Of a stretch of 10,075 nucleotides of DNA, positions 9,213 through 10,075 are shown piece by piece. The translations under genes were made by a program, and so were the position numbers. Position 1 is the stretch's first letter. The number at the start of each line of letters is the position of its first letter. The notes below the pieces were generated by a model. It had not been told where the DNA came from. It saw only the letters and a list, made by a program, of their open reading frames with translations, and made no database searches. The stretch is from a virus (lineage: Duplodnaviria; Heunggongvirae; Uroviricota; Caudoviricetes), in IMG/VR virus record IMGVR_UViG_2654587588_000010, positions 1-10,075 of that record. The stretch is one strand, 5' to 3'.

Positions 9213-9539
9213 ATGACTAAAAATACACGTTTTTCCCCCGAGGTCCGTCAACGGGCAGTTCGTATGGTTCTGGAAAGTCAGGATGAATATGACTCACAGT
9301 GGGCGGCAATTTGTTCCATTGCCCCAAAGATTGGCTGTACGCCGGAGACTCTGCGTGTCTGGGTTCGCCAGCATGAGCGGGATACCGGGAGCGGTGATGG
9401 CGGACTCACCACCGCTGAACGTCAGCGTCTGAAAGAGCTGGAACGTGAAAATCGTGAACTGCGCCGCAGTAACGATATCCTTCGCCAGGCTTCCGCTTAT
9501 TTTGCGAAGGCGGAGTTCGACCGCCTCTGGAAAAAATAA
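9213..9539 (+). CDS. IS3-family transposase OrfA (108 aa, helix-turn-helix plus leucine zipper)
   Basis: Seen: [22 protein letters not shown]...[28 protein letters not shown], matching IS629-group OrfA as recalled; stop TAA at 9537-9539 overlaps the orfB ATG. Confidence 0.9.
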   Translation: MTKNTRFSPEVRQRAVRMVLESQDEYDSQWAAICSIAPKIGCTPETLRVWVRQHERDTGSGDGGLTTAERQRLKELERENRELRRSNDILRQASAYFAKAEFDRLWKK

Positions 9540-10075
9540 TGCCACTGCTGGATAAGCTGCGTGAGCAGTACGGGGTCGGACCGCTATGCAGCGAACTGCA
9601 TATTGCCCCGTCAACGTATTACCACTGTCAGCAACAGCGACATCATCCTGATAAACGCAGTGCCCGTGCGCAGCGCGATGACTGGCTGAAGAAAGAGATA
9701 CAGCGCGTATACGATGAAAATCATCAGGTATACGGTGTGCGTAAAGTCTGGCGCCAGTTGTTACGCGAAGGTATCAGGGTGGCCAGATGTACAGTGGCGC
9801 GCCTCATGGCGGTTATGGGACTTGCCGGTGTTCTCCGGGGTAAAAAGGTCCGTACGACCATCAGCCGGAAAGCCGTTTCCGCATGCGACCGCGTAAACCG
9901 TCAGTTCGTGGCAGAACGTCCAGACCAGTTGTGGGTGGCTGATTTTACCTGGGTAAGCACATGGCAGGGCTTCGTTTATGTGGCGTTCATCATTGATGTG
10001 TTCGCCGGATACATCGTGGGATGGCAGGTCTCATCATCCATGGAAACAACATTCGTGCTGGATGCACTGGAGCAG
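9539..10075 (+). CDS. IS3-family transposase OrfB (DDE integrase domain), 3'-partial at the window edge
   Basis: Seen: frame open from ATG 9539 to the window end (179 codons): [29 protein letters not shown]...QLWVADFTWVSTWQGFVYVAFIIDVFAGYIVGW. Missing from the ORF track because no stop codon is reached. Confidence 0.85.
   Translation, partial: MPLLDKLREQYGVGPLCSELHIAPSTYYHCQQQRHHPDKRSARAQRDDWLKKEIQRVYDENHQVYGVRKVWRQLLREGIRVARCTVARLMAVMGLAGVLRGKKVRTTISRKAVSACDRVNRQFVAERPDQLWVADFTWVSTWQGFVYVAFIIDVFAGYIVGWQVSSSMETTFVLDALEQ

Larger units (their letters stand above)
9159..10075 (+). mobile_element. IS3-family insertion sequence (IS629/IS1203-like), left end plus orfA and partial orfB; continues past the window
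   Basis: Seen: terminal sequence TGAACCGCCCCGGGAATCCTGGAGACTAAAC begins at about 9159, followed by orfA and orfB in the typical overlapping -1 arrangement. The left-end match is recalled from memory. Right end and target-site duplication are outside the window. Confidence 0.85.

Noticed and set aside
9294-9896. ORFs 9294-9614 (minus) and 9714-9896 (plus) inside the IS
   Set aside because: Antisense or out of frame relative to the transposase orfA/orfB frames.

Overview
Most of this window (about 2.4-9.2 kb) is the core of a P4-type satellite prophage, which is a well-described system; I did not find a credible undescribed system inside the window. Gene order and sizes match canonical P4 as I recall it: crr repeats, alpha primase-helicase (777 aa, minus strand), two small ORFs (106 and 151 aa), epsilon (95 aa), an eta-like ORF, an antisense-RNA immunity module, vis (88 aa, AlpA family), an iteron origin flanked by divergent late-promoter activator sites, then sid (244 aa), delta (166 aa) and psu on the plus strand. 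psu is cut after about 65 codons by an IS3-family insertion sequence (IS629/IS1203-like) that runs off the right edge. The left 2.1 kb is the 3' part of an AIDA-I/Ag43-type autotransporter adhesin gene that appears disrupted (frameshift near 1725, in-frame stop at 27-29). The variable cargo locus where P4-like satellites usually carry accessory or defence genes lies beyond psu and the IS, outside this window. No rRNA, tRNA or CRISPR array was seen. All family assignments are from reading the translations and from memory of the P4 literature; no database search was run.
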